64,000 nt of DNA from Eledone cirrhosa (taxonomy: Eukaryota), in NCBI GenBank assembly GCA_964016885.1, contig OZ024742.1, forward strand, positions 303,366,001-303,430,000, written 5' to 3'. Within the stretch, counting starts at the first letter, position 1; each line of letters starts with the position of its first letter. Of the stretch, positions 12,959 through 27,312 are shown one piece after another. The position numbers were made by a program, and so were the translations under genes. The notes under the pieces are model-generated. The model was given only the letters and a program-made list of their open reading frames with translations. It was not told where the DNA came from and did no database searches.

Positions 12959-15156
12959 AACGGGAGAATTCCCAGCTCTGTGAGCCGAGGAGTTGTGACG
13001 CTACTGAGAAAGGATCCGAACGAGGGGGATAACACAGATAATTTCAGGCCCATAACTCTGCTAAACACAGAGTTCAAGATTTTGGCCAAGGTGCTAGCAA
13101 AGAGGTTGTCGCTTGTCGTTGGTGGTCTGGTGGGAGACGCGCAGACGTGCGCCATTCCCGACAGATCCATCCACGACAACCTCCACCGTAGAGAGGGTAG
13201 CTAGGGAACCTCGCACGGGTCCTTGATCAATTTGGATCAGTCGAAAGCTTTCGATAGGGTCGACCATCGTTACCTAGCAGTAGTCCTGAGGGTGGCTGGC
13301 TTTGGGCCCGTCTTCAGAGGCTGGATCGCTTCCATGCACAGCGACATCTGCTCTGCGGTGAGAGTGAACGGTCACCTTTCGGAACCGTTCAACATCATGC
13401 GCTCGGTCCGCCAAGGATGTCCCCTCTCGTCCCTCTTGTACGTATTGACTCTCGAGCCATTACTGCACAAACTGGAGACGTTGAGGGGGGTCCCGCGCGA
13501 ACTAGGATGCGAAAGATCCGCGTCAGTATATGCGGACGATGTCACCGTAGTGGTGTCGAACGCCTAACACATCGAGGCGATAAGCACTACACTAAGATAA
13601 TACGAAGCGGTGACAGGAGCAATGATCAACAAGGAAAAGTCAGTGGGTTTGCAGCTCGGCACCTGGAGAGGCAGGTCCATGCCGTCCAACAGCGTCGTCG
13701 GGCGCTGGACGGACGGACCGGTTAAATTGCTAGGGGTCTGGTTCGGTCCGGACCTCCAGACGGACAAAAACTGGGACGAGGTGACGAGCAGGGTGGCTTC
13801 TCTCACGCAGAAATGGGCAGGAGGAAGCTATCCCTGAAAGGTAGAGCGGAGGTGGCTAACGTGTACATCGCGTCCGTCATCTACTACCGCCTGACCGTCG
13901 TACTTTGTCCTAAGCCCCGCCTGTTTGCGCTGGAGCGTTTGCTCTTTCGCTTTTTGTGGAAGGGACCTGCTCCGATGGTCAGGCGGTCCATCTGCTGTCA
14001 ACACCCGCTACGTGGAGGGCTGGGCATGCCGTGGCTGATGATGCACAGACACGCGCTCAGGCTACGATATCTCCACGTCTTCCTCGACGGTGATCAGGTG
14101 TGGTCGCCGTTTGCTAGACGCGTTTTTCCCCAGCTCGTCTCCTTGACGGAACTGCAGTTTTGGGTCAAGCGAAGACCGAGAGGGAGCGCTTGGAGACTGA
14201 AATGTCTTCAGACGCTCACAGCCCTCGACCAATAGGGCAATGTGATCGGTGGAAACTCCACCTTGGCGTTCTATAGAGGATTAGTGGAGGGGAGGGGAAG
14301 AGCGACGACGTACTTGGAGAAACTCTAGGCGTCGACGAAAATCAACTAGCCAATCTCTTCGGAAGTAATTTCGGGCCGGGACCTATGGACAACTTCCAGA
14401 AATCCCTGGCCTGGCAGTGCTACCGAGGAGCTTTGCCAGTTCGGGATAAACTCTACAGGCATGGAGGTGCCGTCAACCGGGCATGTCCGAGATGCGCGCA
14501 GGGCGACGAAACCGTCCTGCACGCACTCGTCCAGTGTCCGAGCATTGCTGACTTGTGAATTTATGTCGAACACCTGCTGTCGCGTGTAGGACAGATCCAG
14601 CTATCAGCTGAGTGCATCGTGAGGATTGCCCCGCCCTCTTCCTTTAGCCGGGAAGGGCAGGCGGTTTTTATCTGTCTGGTGGCCATGGCGAAAGAGATAG
14701 TATAGTGGACACGTTTGAAAGGGCTGAAGACGAACACTTACCTCTTTGGTCATGCACTGATTAACTTTTTCAAATTTCATTTGAAAAGGAAAATCAGGGT
14801 AGAGAGGGAAGTACTCTCTTCCCAGCATTTTGTTTAAAGATGGGTGAGAGAGGCAAGAATGGCCCGAGTGAATATGTATCTGTAAATTAAAGGTAGAAAA
14901 CTGGGAGAGGGCACTTGCCCTGGTGGTCAGGGTCACTGTGGCTTTTTAATGGGCTTTCTCCACGAATGTCCCTCGGAAGTCTCCCCCCTATTGGGGAATT
15001 TTTTCATTGTTCTATTATTACATCCTCTGTTTCTTGTTTTTTACACGCAGAAATGCCAATTTGTACCGTCCTGTATTGTCCTGTACTGTCCCTAATGTCT
15101 AATTTATGAAGAGCCTTGTGGTTAATAAAGAAAGCATTATTATTATTATTATTATT
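12959..15156 (+). mobile_element. L1/Tx1-clade non-LTR retrotransposon, 5'-truncated, decayed (RT + C-terminal CCHC + 3'UTR + (ATT)n tail)
   Basis: NFRPITLLNTEFKILAKVLAKRL, LDQSKAFDRVDHRYL, RSVRQGCPLS, YADDVT and CPRCAQGDETVLHALVQC. AATAAA precedes the (ATT)7 tail. (ATT)4 lies immediately upstream. Confidence 0.92.
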
Positions 15157-15281
15157 GCCGAGGTTAACTTTGCCTTTCATCCTTACGGGGTCGATAAAAT
15201 AAAGTACCAGTAATGTACTGCGTAATTGCTGGCCTTGTGCCTAAAGTAGAAACAATTATTATTATTATTATTATTATTATT
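15157..15281 (+). mobile_element. 5'-truncated Nin/Deu SINE with (ATT)n tail
   Basis: Starts at GCCGAGGTTAACTTTGCC, just after the B-box position. Nin core and 3' end are intact. Confidence 0.88.
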
Positions 15282-17739
15282 GTGGTTATTACTCTTTGAG
15301 TCTCAGTCATTGATGTTAGTTAACTGAAAAGTTTGTTGAAATGAATATCAAGCCACTACCTGCAGCCTCAGATATTCAGGACGTATCGGAGGGTTCTTGC
15401 TGTTCCCAGCAAGCATGCCTTTTGAAGCGTTCCAAAAAGCGTGAAGGGGCCAATTTTCTTTAACCATCCCTGGAAACTTTTTGAGATAGTCCCTAGTGCG
15501 CCTATGACAATCGGGATCACTTTGACTTCATGGCAGTTCCAGATCCTTTTTACCTCCCACTTTAAGTCCTGGTATCGGTTAATTTTCTCCCTCTCCTTCT
15601 CTTGCACTCTCGTGTCGAATGGGCAGGCCACATCCACAATCAGGCACGATCTTTTTTCTTTGTCCACAACCACCAGGTCAGGTCTATTGTGTTCCAGTTT
15701 CTTGTCCGTCTGTATCCTAAAATCCCACAGCACCTTCACCTGATCGTTTTCTATCACCGCCTCTGGCTTATGCTCATACCATTTCTCAGAATGTGGTAAA
15801 TTGTTTACTTTGCATAGGTGCCAGTGGATCACCCTGCCCATCACATCATGTCTCCAGCCCTTATAGTGAGTCTGGGCTAGGTGTTTACACGCGGATACAA
15901 TGTGAGCCACAGTCTCCTCTCTCTCTCCACAGATCCTGCACAGTGGGCTAGCCTCCTCCTTGTAAATATGGTATTTCAACCACTTCGTTTTGAGGGCCTG
16001 CTGCTGCGCAGCTATTAACATTACTTCTGTAGCCTTTTTAAGGTCTCCTCTTTTCAACCAGTTCCATGTCTGTGGATCTCTAAATTCAGTTTTCTCAAAG
16101 AAGGTACTATGAAGGGATTTTTCCTGAAGGCTGCCCTTTCTCCTTGATGTTATTTCCTCCTTGGACATCCCCTGGCCTATTGTCCCCTCCTTCAGTACAG
16201 TTCTGAGCATTGGCTCCTTACTATCAGTCACGTATTTGTGTAGGTTCTTTTTCTCCATGTGAACACTGTCCTCTATGCTGATAAGACCTCTTCCACCTTC
16301 AGATCTCCTTAAGTAAAGTCTATCGACATCACTCCTCTTGTGGAACATGTTGTAGATAGTCAATAGCTTCCTAGTCTTCATATCCATTTCTTTTTGTTCA
16401 GCAACATTCCATCTCAGAATTCCCGCACTGTACTTAATAATAGACACAGCTCGGGAATTCACTGCACTTATGGCATTCCTACTGTTCAGATGTGACTTTA
16501 ATACGCTCCTTACTCTCCGAATGTATTCAGTCCTTATCAATTCCTTCATTTTTTTGTTCTTGATGTCATCAGCCTCCAGAACGCCCAAATACTTGTATCC
16601 TTCTTCAGAGTCAATTTCCTTTATCATCTCACCCGTTGGTACCTGGATTCCGTTACTTCTGCTCAACTTACCCCTCTTCATCACAATGACTCCACATTTA
16701 CTAATACCAAATTGCATACATATATCATTGGTGAAAATACGGACAGTGTCAACAAGCACATCCAACTCCTTCTCACTCTTCCCGAAGAGCTTAAGATCGT
16801 CCATGAAAAGGAGGTGATTGATGGTAAGGCCTCCCTTTCCCAACCTGTATCCTGCTCTCACTTTTCGCAGAACACTGGTCAGGGGCATCAGGGCAAGGAC
16901 AAACAACAGAGGGGACAGACTATCTCCCCGGAAGATACCTCTCTTGATCTTCACGCTTCCCAAGGATTCTCCAGTTGATGTTAACTCTGTTTCCCAGGAC
17001 TTCATACTTTTGCCCAACAACTGTCTGATGTTATCTGCCACCCTGAAGATCTCCAGGCTTATGGTGATCCAAGAATGAGGCACCATGTCAAATGCCTTTT
17101 TGTAGTCTATCCATCCCATGGCAAGACCAGTGTGTCTCCTCTTGCAATTCCTCATTACCATCTTATCAATAAGTAACTGGTCCTTTGTACCACGTGACTT
17201 CTTTCGGCATCCTTTCTGTTCGTCCCGTAACAAGTTGTTTGTGTGGAGGTGATGGTAGATTTCCTCAGACATAATGCTTGTCAACAGTTTCCACATTACG
17301 CCAGACATGTGATAGGTCTATAGTTGGTAACATCATTACCCTTGATTCGGTCTTTCATTATCAGAACTGTGGTACCTTTTGTCAACCACTCTGGTATCTC
17401 ACCTGACATCAATCAGTCATTGAACATGGTTGTCAGTTTTGGGTGGAGGGATGTTATATTTTTAATCCAATACCCCTGCACACCATCTGGGCCTGGTGAT
17501 TTCCAGTTAGTTTTTTGGCCTGCCCCTTAAGAGTTTCAACTGTGATACTCAAATCAGTTTGTTGGTGTGCCTGTTCACTAATCTCCTTCTGTACTGTCTC
17601 AATTCACACTGCCTGGTCATTATGTTTAACATCCTGCTCCCATATTCCTCTCCAGAATGTTTTAGTTTGTTCCGCCTCAGGGATCAAGTCGTTGCCTCTT
17701 TCTTTCCCTTCAAGCTGTCCAAACAGCATCTTCTGGTTG
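15282..17739 (-). mobile_element. Dong/R4-clade RLE non-LTR retrotransposon, 5'-truncated, flanked by (TAA)n on both sides
   Basis: RT-RLE ORF plus an upstream frameshifted part ([35 protein letters not shown]). Short 3'UTR. (TTA)n at 15255-15281 and 17740-17754. Confidence 0.92.
15368..17308 (-). CDS. Reverse transcriptase + CCHC + restriction-like endonuclease (Dong/R4 type), N-terminally incomplete
   Basis: [94 protein letters not shown]. Confidence 0.9.
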   Translation of the reverse strand: MSGVMWKLLTSIMSEEIYHHLHTNNLLRDEQKGCRKKSRGTKDQLLIDKMVMRNCKRRHTGLAMGWIDYKKAFDMVPHSWITISLEIFRVADNIRQLLGKSMKSWETELTSTGESLGSVKIKRGIFRGDSLSPLLFVLALMPLTSVLRKVRAGYRLGKGGLTINHLLFMDDLKLFGKSEKELDVLVDTVRIFTNDICMQFGISKCGVIVMKRGKLSRSNGIQVPTGEMIKEIDSEEGYKYLGVLEADDIKNKKMKELIRTEYIRRVRSVLKSHLNSRNAISAVNSRAVSIIKYSAGILRWNVAEQKEMDMKTRKLLTIYNMFHKRSDVDRLYLRRSEGGRGLISIEDSVHMEKKNLHKYVTDSKEPMLRTVLKEGTIGQGMSKEEITSRRKGSLQEKSLHSTFFEKTEFRDPQTWNWLKRGDLKKATEVMLIAAQQQALKTKWLKYHIYKEEASPLCRICGEREETVAHIVSACKHLAQTHYKGWRHDVMGRVIHWHLCKVNNLPHSEKWYEHKPEAVIENDQVKVLWDFRIQTDKKLEHNRPDLVVVDKEKRSCLIVDVACPFDTRVQEKEREKINRYQDLKWEVKRIWNCHEVKVIPIVIGALGTISKSFQGWLKKIGPFTLFGTLQKACLLGTARTLRYVLNI

Positions 17740-17754
17740 TTATTATTATTATTA

Positions 17755-17935
17755 GGTGAATTGGCAGTATCGGTAGAGGGTTGGACGCCATGCTTTGACG
17801 CATAGAGTTACGGCCCTTGCCATTCCGAGTTCAAATCCCGCCGAGGTTAACTTTGCCTTTCATCCTTATGGGGTCGATAAAATAAAGTACCAGTAATGTA
17901 CTGGATAATTGCTGGCCTTGTGCCAAAAGTAGAAA

Positions 17936-17987
<52 letters not shown>
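17755..17987 (+). mobile_element. Full-length Nin/Deu SINE with long (ATT)n tail
   Basis: A box TGGCAGTATCGG, B box GAGTTCAAATCCC, Nin core and 3' end, followed by a long (ATT)n. Confidence 0.9.
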
Positions 17988-17989
<2 letters not shown>

Positions 17990-18544
17990 CCAGCTCCACA
18001 CCCTAGTCTAGCTAATAATTCACAGTGATGGATCCATGCAAAATTACTGGAAATATTAGCAATTGTTTAAAAGGGATTAATTTTGTAAAGTTATGTAAAC
18101 ACCTTAAGCGACGATGAGAAAATTACAAACAGCAACATATTAACAGTATTGCAAGCACTAACATAAACACAATAAATAATTATTATCTTCTATATACAGT
18201 TCTTTCTAATACTGGCGAATCATAATACATGGTATATTTTTTTCTATTCATGTATATTTCTTCAGCAAATAATAAGCAAGTTTACTTGAACCAACAATGT
18301 ATAACTGTTGGTATTATGAAACCTTTATTATTGCAAGGAACGATATACCAGTTCTTTGTTATTGATCTCCCCTTTGATACTGGTTTCTCATCCTGCGGAT
18401 ATATTTTTGTGAAAAGACCATTTTCATGTCTTTTTAATATTATAACCATGAATGACAGTGTGTTACTTGTTTGACTGATTTGGTCTTTAGACATATTTAG
18501 TTGAATGGTACAACGAAGGTTATAAGAATTTATGAGAAATGCAA

Positions 18545-18621
<77 letters not shown>

Positions 18622-19634
18622 ATATATATGAATTAAAAAGTGACAAAGGCGTTGTGTGGTTATTAATAAATATTATTTAGAGAACGTAAGAGAAACACAA
18701 ACATAGACACACCCGTCTGGGTATCTGACCAATGTTACTGATAGGTACAACACGAGAGATTACATGCCGTACAGTACTAATTTTAAGGGAGAAATTGAAT
18801 TGCATCGGAACAAATTAGAAATTAGGCCATGACCAAATTGCAAAACAAACGATACTACACAGATACCAATATCATATGCGTGTATAAGTTCGCATAAGTT
18901 AAGAATACAGTAATGTTTATGGCCAAGAATATTTAAAGCTCAATGTGATTTTACCGTCCACAACATGGGGGCAAATAAACAATCTAAATTTTAATCTGAT
19001 GAGTAACACTCAATATAGAGTAGTGCAATATTTTCAGAAAGCATATATATAGATATTAACAAATTAGTGTATTAAATCATTTAATTGATTTACAAGTGTT
19101 CCACTAATCCAACAATAAACGAAAGACTGTGAATTCTTGAAGAACCCCAACATTAAGGTGGGAAGCTCCAAATCCGAATCGACAAGTAATTTCTACCCCA
19201 GCATAAAATCAGAAAATATTACATCACTTAATGCCAGTGCACTCAGCTAGTAAAATGTGTTGTGACGACACGGATGATAACAGGCATTTAGATATGATAT
19301 TTTCCATGCACATTACAGGACAAGGGAGACCTGGTTGCTTCAGAAACTGCTGGAAACGAACAAAACTTTCCTGGGGCAAAAATATAGTCAGCCATTTACC
19401 AAGAGTGGCAGGGCTTCCTTGTCATAGAAGGATGTGAGTAAACAAGATTAGGATACAAAATTATTCTCAAAACCGTAAGAATCCACGAAATAATTTCTCA
19501 AATTTCTAAGTAAATAAGCGTAATATGAAGTTTTGATATATTAATATATCAAATATTTTGTACATGGAAAAATATGTGCATCACTGACTCTCTCTCTCTC
19601 TTTCTATCTAGATATACACATACATTTCTATAAA

Positions 19635-19769
<135 letters not shown>

Positions 19770-20241
19770 ATAGATATATGTATATTTCTATATTTCTATA
19801 TATATAAATATATATATATATTTATATGTATATATATATATATATATATAAAAAAACATGAGAAGAATGAATACTGCGAGGTTGCACATGGGTTACATAC
19901 GATACAAATAGTCCTTCATCAGTGATTTTCCAAACTTGATTGGTATTTCATCGCTTTAAAAATCATATATATATATATATGGAAAAGAATGAAACGAAAT
20001 TTCATTTCTCACTCTTAATACGGCTGATACCTAAATATAAGTATGTATACGTACATACATATATGTGTACAGACGTACAGTAGTATGTATATATATATAC
20101 ATCCATGCACACACATATATATATATGTACGTATGGGTTTACCGAACATAATGTTCGGTTTGTTTGTAAACAACCAGCCCGAATTACGCCGTACAGTGCT
20201 CGGCAACCATAGTCGCCCTTTTGTTCAACACTGATACACGA

Positions 20242-20284
20242 ACGATGTACTAGTTTCAAACTTATTAGCTATCGTCAGCATCGT
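20242..20284 (-). ncRNA. Minimal type-I hammerhead ribozyme
   Basis: Minus strand: ACGATG CTGACGA tAGCT aata AGTTt GAAA CTAG TA CATCGT. Perfect 6-bp stem I and palindromic stem III ACTAGT. Confidence 0.82.
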
Positions 20285-20321
20285 ATACCTTTCTATCAGA
20301 TGATTAAACGTACTTATATAT

Positions 20322-20373
<52 letters not shown>

Positions 20374-20541
20374 ACGAAGAAATATATATATATATATATA
20401 ACTGTCCAGAAATAGCCGTCGAAACGGCTTGAGCTCTGCCGTCGGGGTCATACTTGTTCATATATATATATATACATGTGTTTCTGTATATAAGTAGGTA
20501 TATAAATGTATATATATATAAATAAATAAATAAATAAATAA

Positions 20542-20642
<101 letters not shown>

Positions 20643-21675
20643 TACATACATATATGTGCGTGCATGTATGTGTATGTGTGCTCATGTTTAGATATGCCCA
20701 CATCACACATTGCTTGAACTTACACTTTAAAATAATAGCGCAATTACATGTCACTACACCCTTTTCAACACCAATAGACACCCATCTAAACACACCTACA
20801 CAAACACATACATAGACAGACACAGACCCATGCATATGCACGCATACATACACTCATACGCAGAAATGCAATATGCATGCATATACATACATACACATAC
20901 AAAAACACAAGCATGCCCGCGTACACAACTATGCGCACAAAAATATATACACATATACACGCGCACATAACACTGCGCGAGGAGGAGGCGCACATAGCTT
21001 TAATGCGAAATGAAACAAGAAAAAGAAACCTCACAAAATATTTCTCGTATGTAACCTGATCATGTCTAATTCGTTAAGCTAATACATTGATCTGTAAAGT
21101 AAAAAGTCCACATATTACTGTTTTATTTTCTATATATATCTAAACCTGGTCTAATTGGGAGTCAGATGAAATTAGGATCAATTTTGCAATATATCGCTCT
21201 ACTTTGATCTGTATTTTACATTTTCTCATGCTGAACACCTTGTATCCTATATAGTCTTCTATATTGATATTGCTCAGTGTGCTACTACATTTGCTAAATG
21301 AACGGCAGGAAGTTTCCATGAAGTAAATGAATTTTATCTAAACGATTTCGTAGTGAAAATCTAACGCAAATACCCAAATACCAAAATACTAATGAATGCC
21401 ACCACGCATATGTGTCTGCCCCCTCTCTCTCTGTATATATATATTCACACACACATATATTCACACAAACATACATATATATTTATTATAAGGAGGTAGG
21501 ACCCCGACGGCTGAGCTCTTATCGTTTCAACATCTAGTTGTCTGAAACTAGCTGTTGAAATGGCAAGCGGTCAGCGGCCGGGGACTCGACACATTATAAT
21601 ATAAACATATTCTACTACCCCAAGTAATACTCTGTTGAGTACTGGCCTAACCAGTTTCAGACTGAATCCATCCTG

Positions 21676-21713
<38 letters not shown>

Positions 21714-22978
21714 GTATGTTGCTAGTGAACATAAGAATGAGTACTCACTATCGAAGTAGCATATATATTTTTTTTAGGCTAAGAGTCCTGTTACACTGGA
21801 GTTTCACATTTGTACTCACACTACTATCAGACGAGACTAAATTACCGCTGCCAGAGAGACATCCTAAATAGGGGACGCCTTGTCAGACACACTGGACATA
21901 ATAAGTTTAGTAGACTATTTTTCGTAAGGAACAACCTGCGTTGTAGCTTTAAGGGGATCAACATTCTTAAAGATAGATTGTTTAAGTAAATTTCTTCTCA
22001 TCCACACAATGATATGATAACACAACCGTACGATATACAGTAGCTAACATTTCAAATATCATGTGTTGCAATATCACATTAACAAGAATTTAAAAATTAA
22101 TAACGTGGAATGTTATTTATATCTTGAATTAGAAACACAATATACTTAATATTTAACTTCTTTAATTTAAAATTAAAAAAGTTAAAAAAATTTTAAGAAA
22201 ACTTTTCCAAAAGACTTTTAAAAAAATATTAAAAAAAAATACTTTAAAAAAAATGAAAAAAAATTAAAAAAATCTTTGGAGAAGGCCAGAGTACCAGTAG
22301 CAGAGGCTTCTGCAATGGGCAATTTTTTCCCCTCTTAATTTTTGACAATTTTCCGAATTTTGAAGAGAAAAACATTTTTTTTTCAAGTTCCCCTCTACAA
22401 AAGTAATTGTGACAGACAGACTGAAATAGACACACACACACAAAAATAACACACACATACAACAACCCCACACACACACACATGTGTTTATTAGTAAATG
22501 GACTGTGACAGACAAACTAAAAAAAAACACATACATATACACACACACTCACATGTGTGTACTGTTGTATATACACCCTCACTCTATCTCTCTCTACATA
22601 TGTGTGTGTGTGTGTATATATATATACACATACCATCCTACTACTTCTACAGAATTCAGCTCTCACAATCCCCTATCCCCTCTTGAACTATTGACCACTA
22701 GATTAACAATACATTCACAGAATATTTTTCAGAACAATTTCCTCCCTTGCAGAAAAACAAGTACTGTTCTCATTCCACCCAACCTTTCAACAAGCAGGAG
22801 GGGAGAACATTTATTCAAACATTCGATTTTGATTTTGATTTTAATTTTAGACCTTTCGTTTTTGACTCCCATCAACTCTTTTTAATTTTGTACACTCTAC
22901 ATTTGACAAGAAAGATTTTGACAAGAAATTTTTTAAAAAGAATTGTCTCTCTCATTTTTTAATAACATCTTTTCAATG

Positions 22979-23165
22979 GGGCGGTGAATTGGCAGTATCG
23001 GTAGAGAGTCGGACGCCATGCTTTGCAGCATAGTTACGTCCCTTTACAATCTGAGTTCAAATCCCGCCGAGGTTAACTTTGCCTTTCATCCTTACGGGGT
23101 CGATAAAATAAAGTACCTGTAATGTACTGGGTATGTCCTGGCCTTGTGCCAAAAGTAGAAACATT
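22979..23165 (+). mobile_element. Full-length Nin/Deu SINE with TSD
   Basis: A/B boxes and Nin core. Direct repeat ATCTTTTCAATGG on both sides. Confidence 0.9.
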
Positions 23166-25111
23166 TATCTTTTCAATGGTGTCACTTTGACGAATCAGAA
23201 AGGATAAACGGACAATAAATATACACCCCCTGCTGTTTCCAACTTCATCTTTTCTCTAAATCCACTGTTTTGTATATAATCTTTACTTCCCTTTTCTAAT
23301 GTACATATATATATATATCTGTGTGTGTGTACGTGTGTGTCTATATACATATATGGGTCGATGTCCGTGTGGGTGCGTATGTATGTATATGTGTATATTT
23401 ATGTACACGCGCATACACATACACACACTCACAACACACACACACATATATATATATAAATATACATATATGACAGAATGATATACAGCTTATTTCCACC
23501 AAATGCCCTTCTAAAATGATTGATCAAAGTCTAGATCTATGGTAAAAAAACAAAACAAGTTTTCAATTTGCCATGTTGTAGGATCGACGCCAATGCTGCG
23601 TAGTTACGAACAGAATTTCTTCATCATATCCCAATAATTGCTCCGAGTTTGGTTTACTCAGCTCACTATTTCATACATAATTTATTTTATCTACCTCAGC
23701 GATGTTTGAACTCACGAACATAAGAGGCATTTAGGCAAGCAATCTGTTGTATCTGCGACTATTTCGATCTTAGAATATCAATTTGCTACATTTTAGAATA
23801 AATCATTTTATTGTGCCACTCAATTAAAAGTGTAACCTGACAAAGCAGCAAAATTACAAAACAAAAAACAGTAGAAAAACATTAAAATTAATGTATAACC
23901 AATGGAAAAAATGATAACAATGTATGTATATTCCAAATCTGATGTTCAATTCAAACAACTTTATTTATTGCCGAAAGATAGAGTTCAACAGAATTTTTTG
24001 ACGTTTAAATTTGTATAAATCAAACTATTCGTCACATTTATTAGTTCAACTAGGTTACTAAGTTAAATTTTATTTATAGAGTTAACAAAAATGCCAATGG
24101 CGGTAAGCAGACAGCTCAATTTAGAGAAATATATAAATAAATATAATTTGCTTTCACGAGGCAACACAGAATTTATTTTATTACTGAATGTTTATATTTT
24201 ATTTATTTCTAACTCAAATGGACAAAATACAAAAGTTCAGTTTCAGATTGAAAACTTTTGTACACAATAATATTGTATGTGATAGAAATTTGTGTTGGCT
24301 TTTTTCTGAATATTATTAAGGAAGATAACATTAGCATCATACTTTATGTCACCTTTTGTCTTTGATTTCTTCTTAACACATTTTTTTCTGAACGAAAATT
24401 TGCAATGGTTTTTTCCCATTATGTCAATTTCTTGTCTGGTGACATTACTCTCATTTTTTAATAACCCGAGTAAATATGTACTCGTTTATAAAAACGGCCC
24501 AACATACGTTTTAGTGTTTAAAAACTGACACCTCTCATTAAGTTGGATTTCAAATGCAGAATAAGTTTTAATGTACATAATCTTAGTTTTTAGATACAAC
24601 CTACCCAATTATATCCGAATGTATCAAAGTCTTAGTAACACTTTACCCTTTGATGCCTTGCAAAGTATACTTATATTTGGGTTTCATTTGATTACTGTTT
24701 CCGAAATTGGAATGAATAATCCCACACTAATTGTAATTCATGATCTGTTTTTCCAAAACTAATATAGCAGCAACATTTATGATATTAATATATGGCATGT
24801 TATTAACACAGTAATACAGACAAACAACAACTAATTTATAGTAGAGGACTTGCCCGCTAATCTTTATATGATTAACTGTAAAATGAGCATCAAATTGCAT
24901 TAGCTCCACACACATTTCAATCGACTTCAAGAAACGTTTTGGTGATTAATGACTGCATCGTGAAATATAACGATGGAGATGTATGATGGCACATGTTGGA
25001 TGGATTCATAAAGACACGGGGCTGCTGGAACACTCACTATGGCTGTTCTGGTAAGTCACACATTACAAAGTCCTACAAAAGAAGTATACTATTTGTTGAA
25101 TGAATGAGAGG

Positions 25112-25299
25112 GGTGAATTGGCAGTATCGGTAGAGGGTTGGACGCCATGCTTTCTATCATAGTTACGTCCATTTACGGTCTGAGTTCAAATCCCGCCAAG
25201 GTTAACTTTGCCTTTCATCCTTACGGGGTCGATAAAAAAAATAAAGTACCAGTAATACACTGGGATAATTGTTAGCCTTGTGCCAAAAGTAGAAACAAT
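25112..25299 (+). mobile_element. Full-length Nin/Deu SINE with TSD
   Basis: A/B boxes and Nin core. Flanking direct repeat TATTTGTTGAATGAA. Confidence 0.9.
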
Positions 25300-26621
25300 T
25301 ATTTGTTGAATGAACGTTGATTTCACATGGTTTATGCTTATTCTCTTAATTAAAATTACTATACATTTCTAATGCAGTGTTCTGTATCTGCTTCCATGTC
25401 AGTGGAGTGTTTTACTTTTCGATAGTTATTATAGATTCGCGTTGAAACAATAATTATTCCCATACAAAGATATTTTGAAGCCCCTAGCAATGGCTTAATA
25501 AATGATTTGGTTTTAAAGAAATTTTATTTTTAAACATTTGTCTACGCACATTTAAAATACGACATTGCGAACCACATGTCGAGTATCAACAAAGGGAAAA
25601 GAATGTATGAAATCTAAACATAGTAATTCGCAAGAAGAAACATCTTTAAAGAAAAGGAATGAATGATACATTTTATAAATAATAACATTAATGTGAACGA
25701 TTCCTAAGGGTATCTTTGACAACAAAACTATGCCCAAACACTTATTTAGTCAAAAGATATCTGAAGTATTCAATTTTAGCAACGAAGTCTAAATTTTGTT
25801 TCGACTTTTTTCAACTCCACCTTCAACTGAAGAAAACTAGATATGGGCTGTCTAGCTACAAAGACAAATTTGTACCATACTACATAAGAAAAGTAAGGTC
25901 AGTTATACCTGAAACCATCTCTTAACAACTGTGAAACAAACGGCGTTTCTACTTGGAACAAGTTGTCCTAAATTCATTTTCTCTGCACTCACTACTATCT
26001 ATATTAATCCTACCCGACCAGGTATTGGTAATTGTCAAGATAATACTAAGAAATGATTCATATACGCAGTAAAAGTGATAAGGAGTATATGAATAACATT
26101 ATGTCCTATTTCTGTCATGCCGACATTTGTAAATCTTCGTGTTCTGTATTCGTTTGTAGATCACCTCACTCACCCGTGAACAACTCGACTAATTTCTCTC
26201 TTTCCTCTGCTCCTTCCAGCCGACCCTCGACTTTACCACCTTCATCTCAACCACACCCGCCTTCTCCTTACCTACCGACTCCCACTCTGCCTAGATTTCA
26301 CCTCATCCCACTTCATTCATACCATCCTTTCTCTCCTTTCCTCTGTTCCCACCACATATGCAGCCGAAACCATGTCTATGAGACTCAGGCCCCTTACATG
26401 GCTAGACTCTTCACTCGGCGAGGTTGCCCCTCCCTTGTCCACGTTGCTCTCACCTACTCTAGTGAATTCGAGCGCACCACATCCCTATTTTAAAGCTCTC
26501 GATCAACCCCAACAAACCGACGCCCATTCACTCTTAGTTACAAAATCCCTCCTCCTTGCCCCATTAGTGAACAGTCCTTTGGCTCTTCTGCCGCTTCTAG
26601 GATTTCTCTTGTCATTTCTTG

Positions 26622-26691
<70 letters not shown>

Positions 26692-27244
26692 TTATATGTA
26701 TGAGTATGTTGTATATCTAGCGAAATACGATATGTTTATGAATAAACATTTTGAAATATATCCACTATCCCCTTCCGTTATGAATGAAACAATCATCCTT
26801 ATGGAAGCAGATACAACTTCATCAATAAGTTACCACTTAGTAATTTCGTTCAATAATTCTTATGTACGATAAAATTTCGAATTCAAATTATGAATATGAA
26901 ACGATATAATTAGACAAGCTATTTTTCGATAACCACTAATTCAGTTAATTTGGCGATTAATAATTAAAACTTAAATCAATATATGATCGTATCTCGCTCT
27001 TAACTTCATTAATCTATAGAAACAATATAAATAAAGATATTATTTTGAATATCTTTGTGCGTTCATCGTCTTACGCAGGTATTTTATAAAGTCTGTTTAT
27101 TGTTGAAATTAGTAACGATCTAAAGCATGAATATTGCCATACCTGAGCAGATGTCACATGCAAGGAAGTGATTTATTCCGACTTCAGAGTAATAGATTGC
27201 TGTACGTGTAATTTGATGTCCTTCCGTAATTGATTATATTATAT

Positions 27245-27312
27245 TTGTTTCTACTTTTGGCACAATACCAGCAATTATCCCAGTGTATTACTGGTACTTT
27301 ATTTTTTATTTG
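27245..27312 (-). mobile_element. 3' fragment of Nin/Deu SINE
   Basis: TTGTTTCTACTTTTGGCACAA...CTGGTACTTTATTTT is the reverse complement of the SINE 3' end. Confidence 0.75.

Noticed and set aside
15441-17805. Plus-strand ORFs over the Dong element (and antisense ORFs over the Tx1, Penelope and Helitron elements)
   Set aside because: They are antisense shadows of the real TE reading frames.
17755-17845. tRNA gene call for the A/B-box sequence
   Set aside because: It is the SINE head: no clean cloverleaf, and it is always followed by the Nin core.
18996-19020. CTGATGAG as a hammerhead
   Set aside because: No stem II-GAAA-UH or stem I follows.
19880-19925. Minus-strand CTGATGAAGGAC
   Set aside because: Only the 5' half of the core is present, with no GAAA or stem III.
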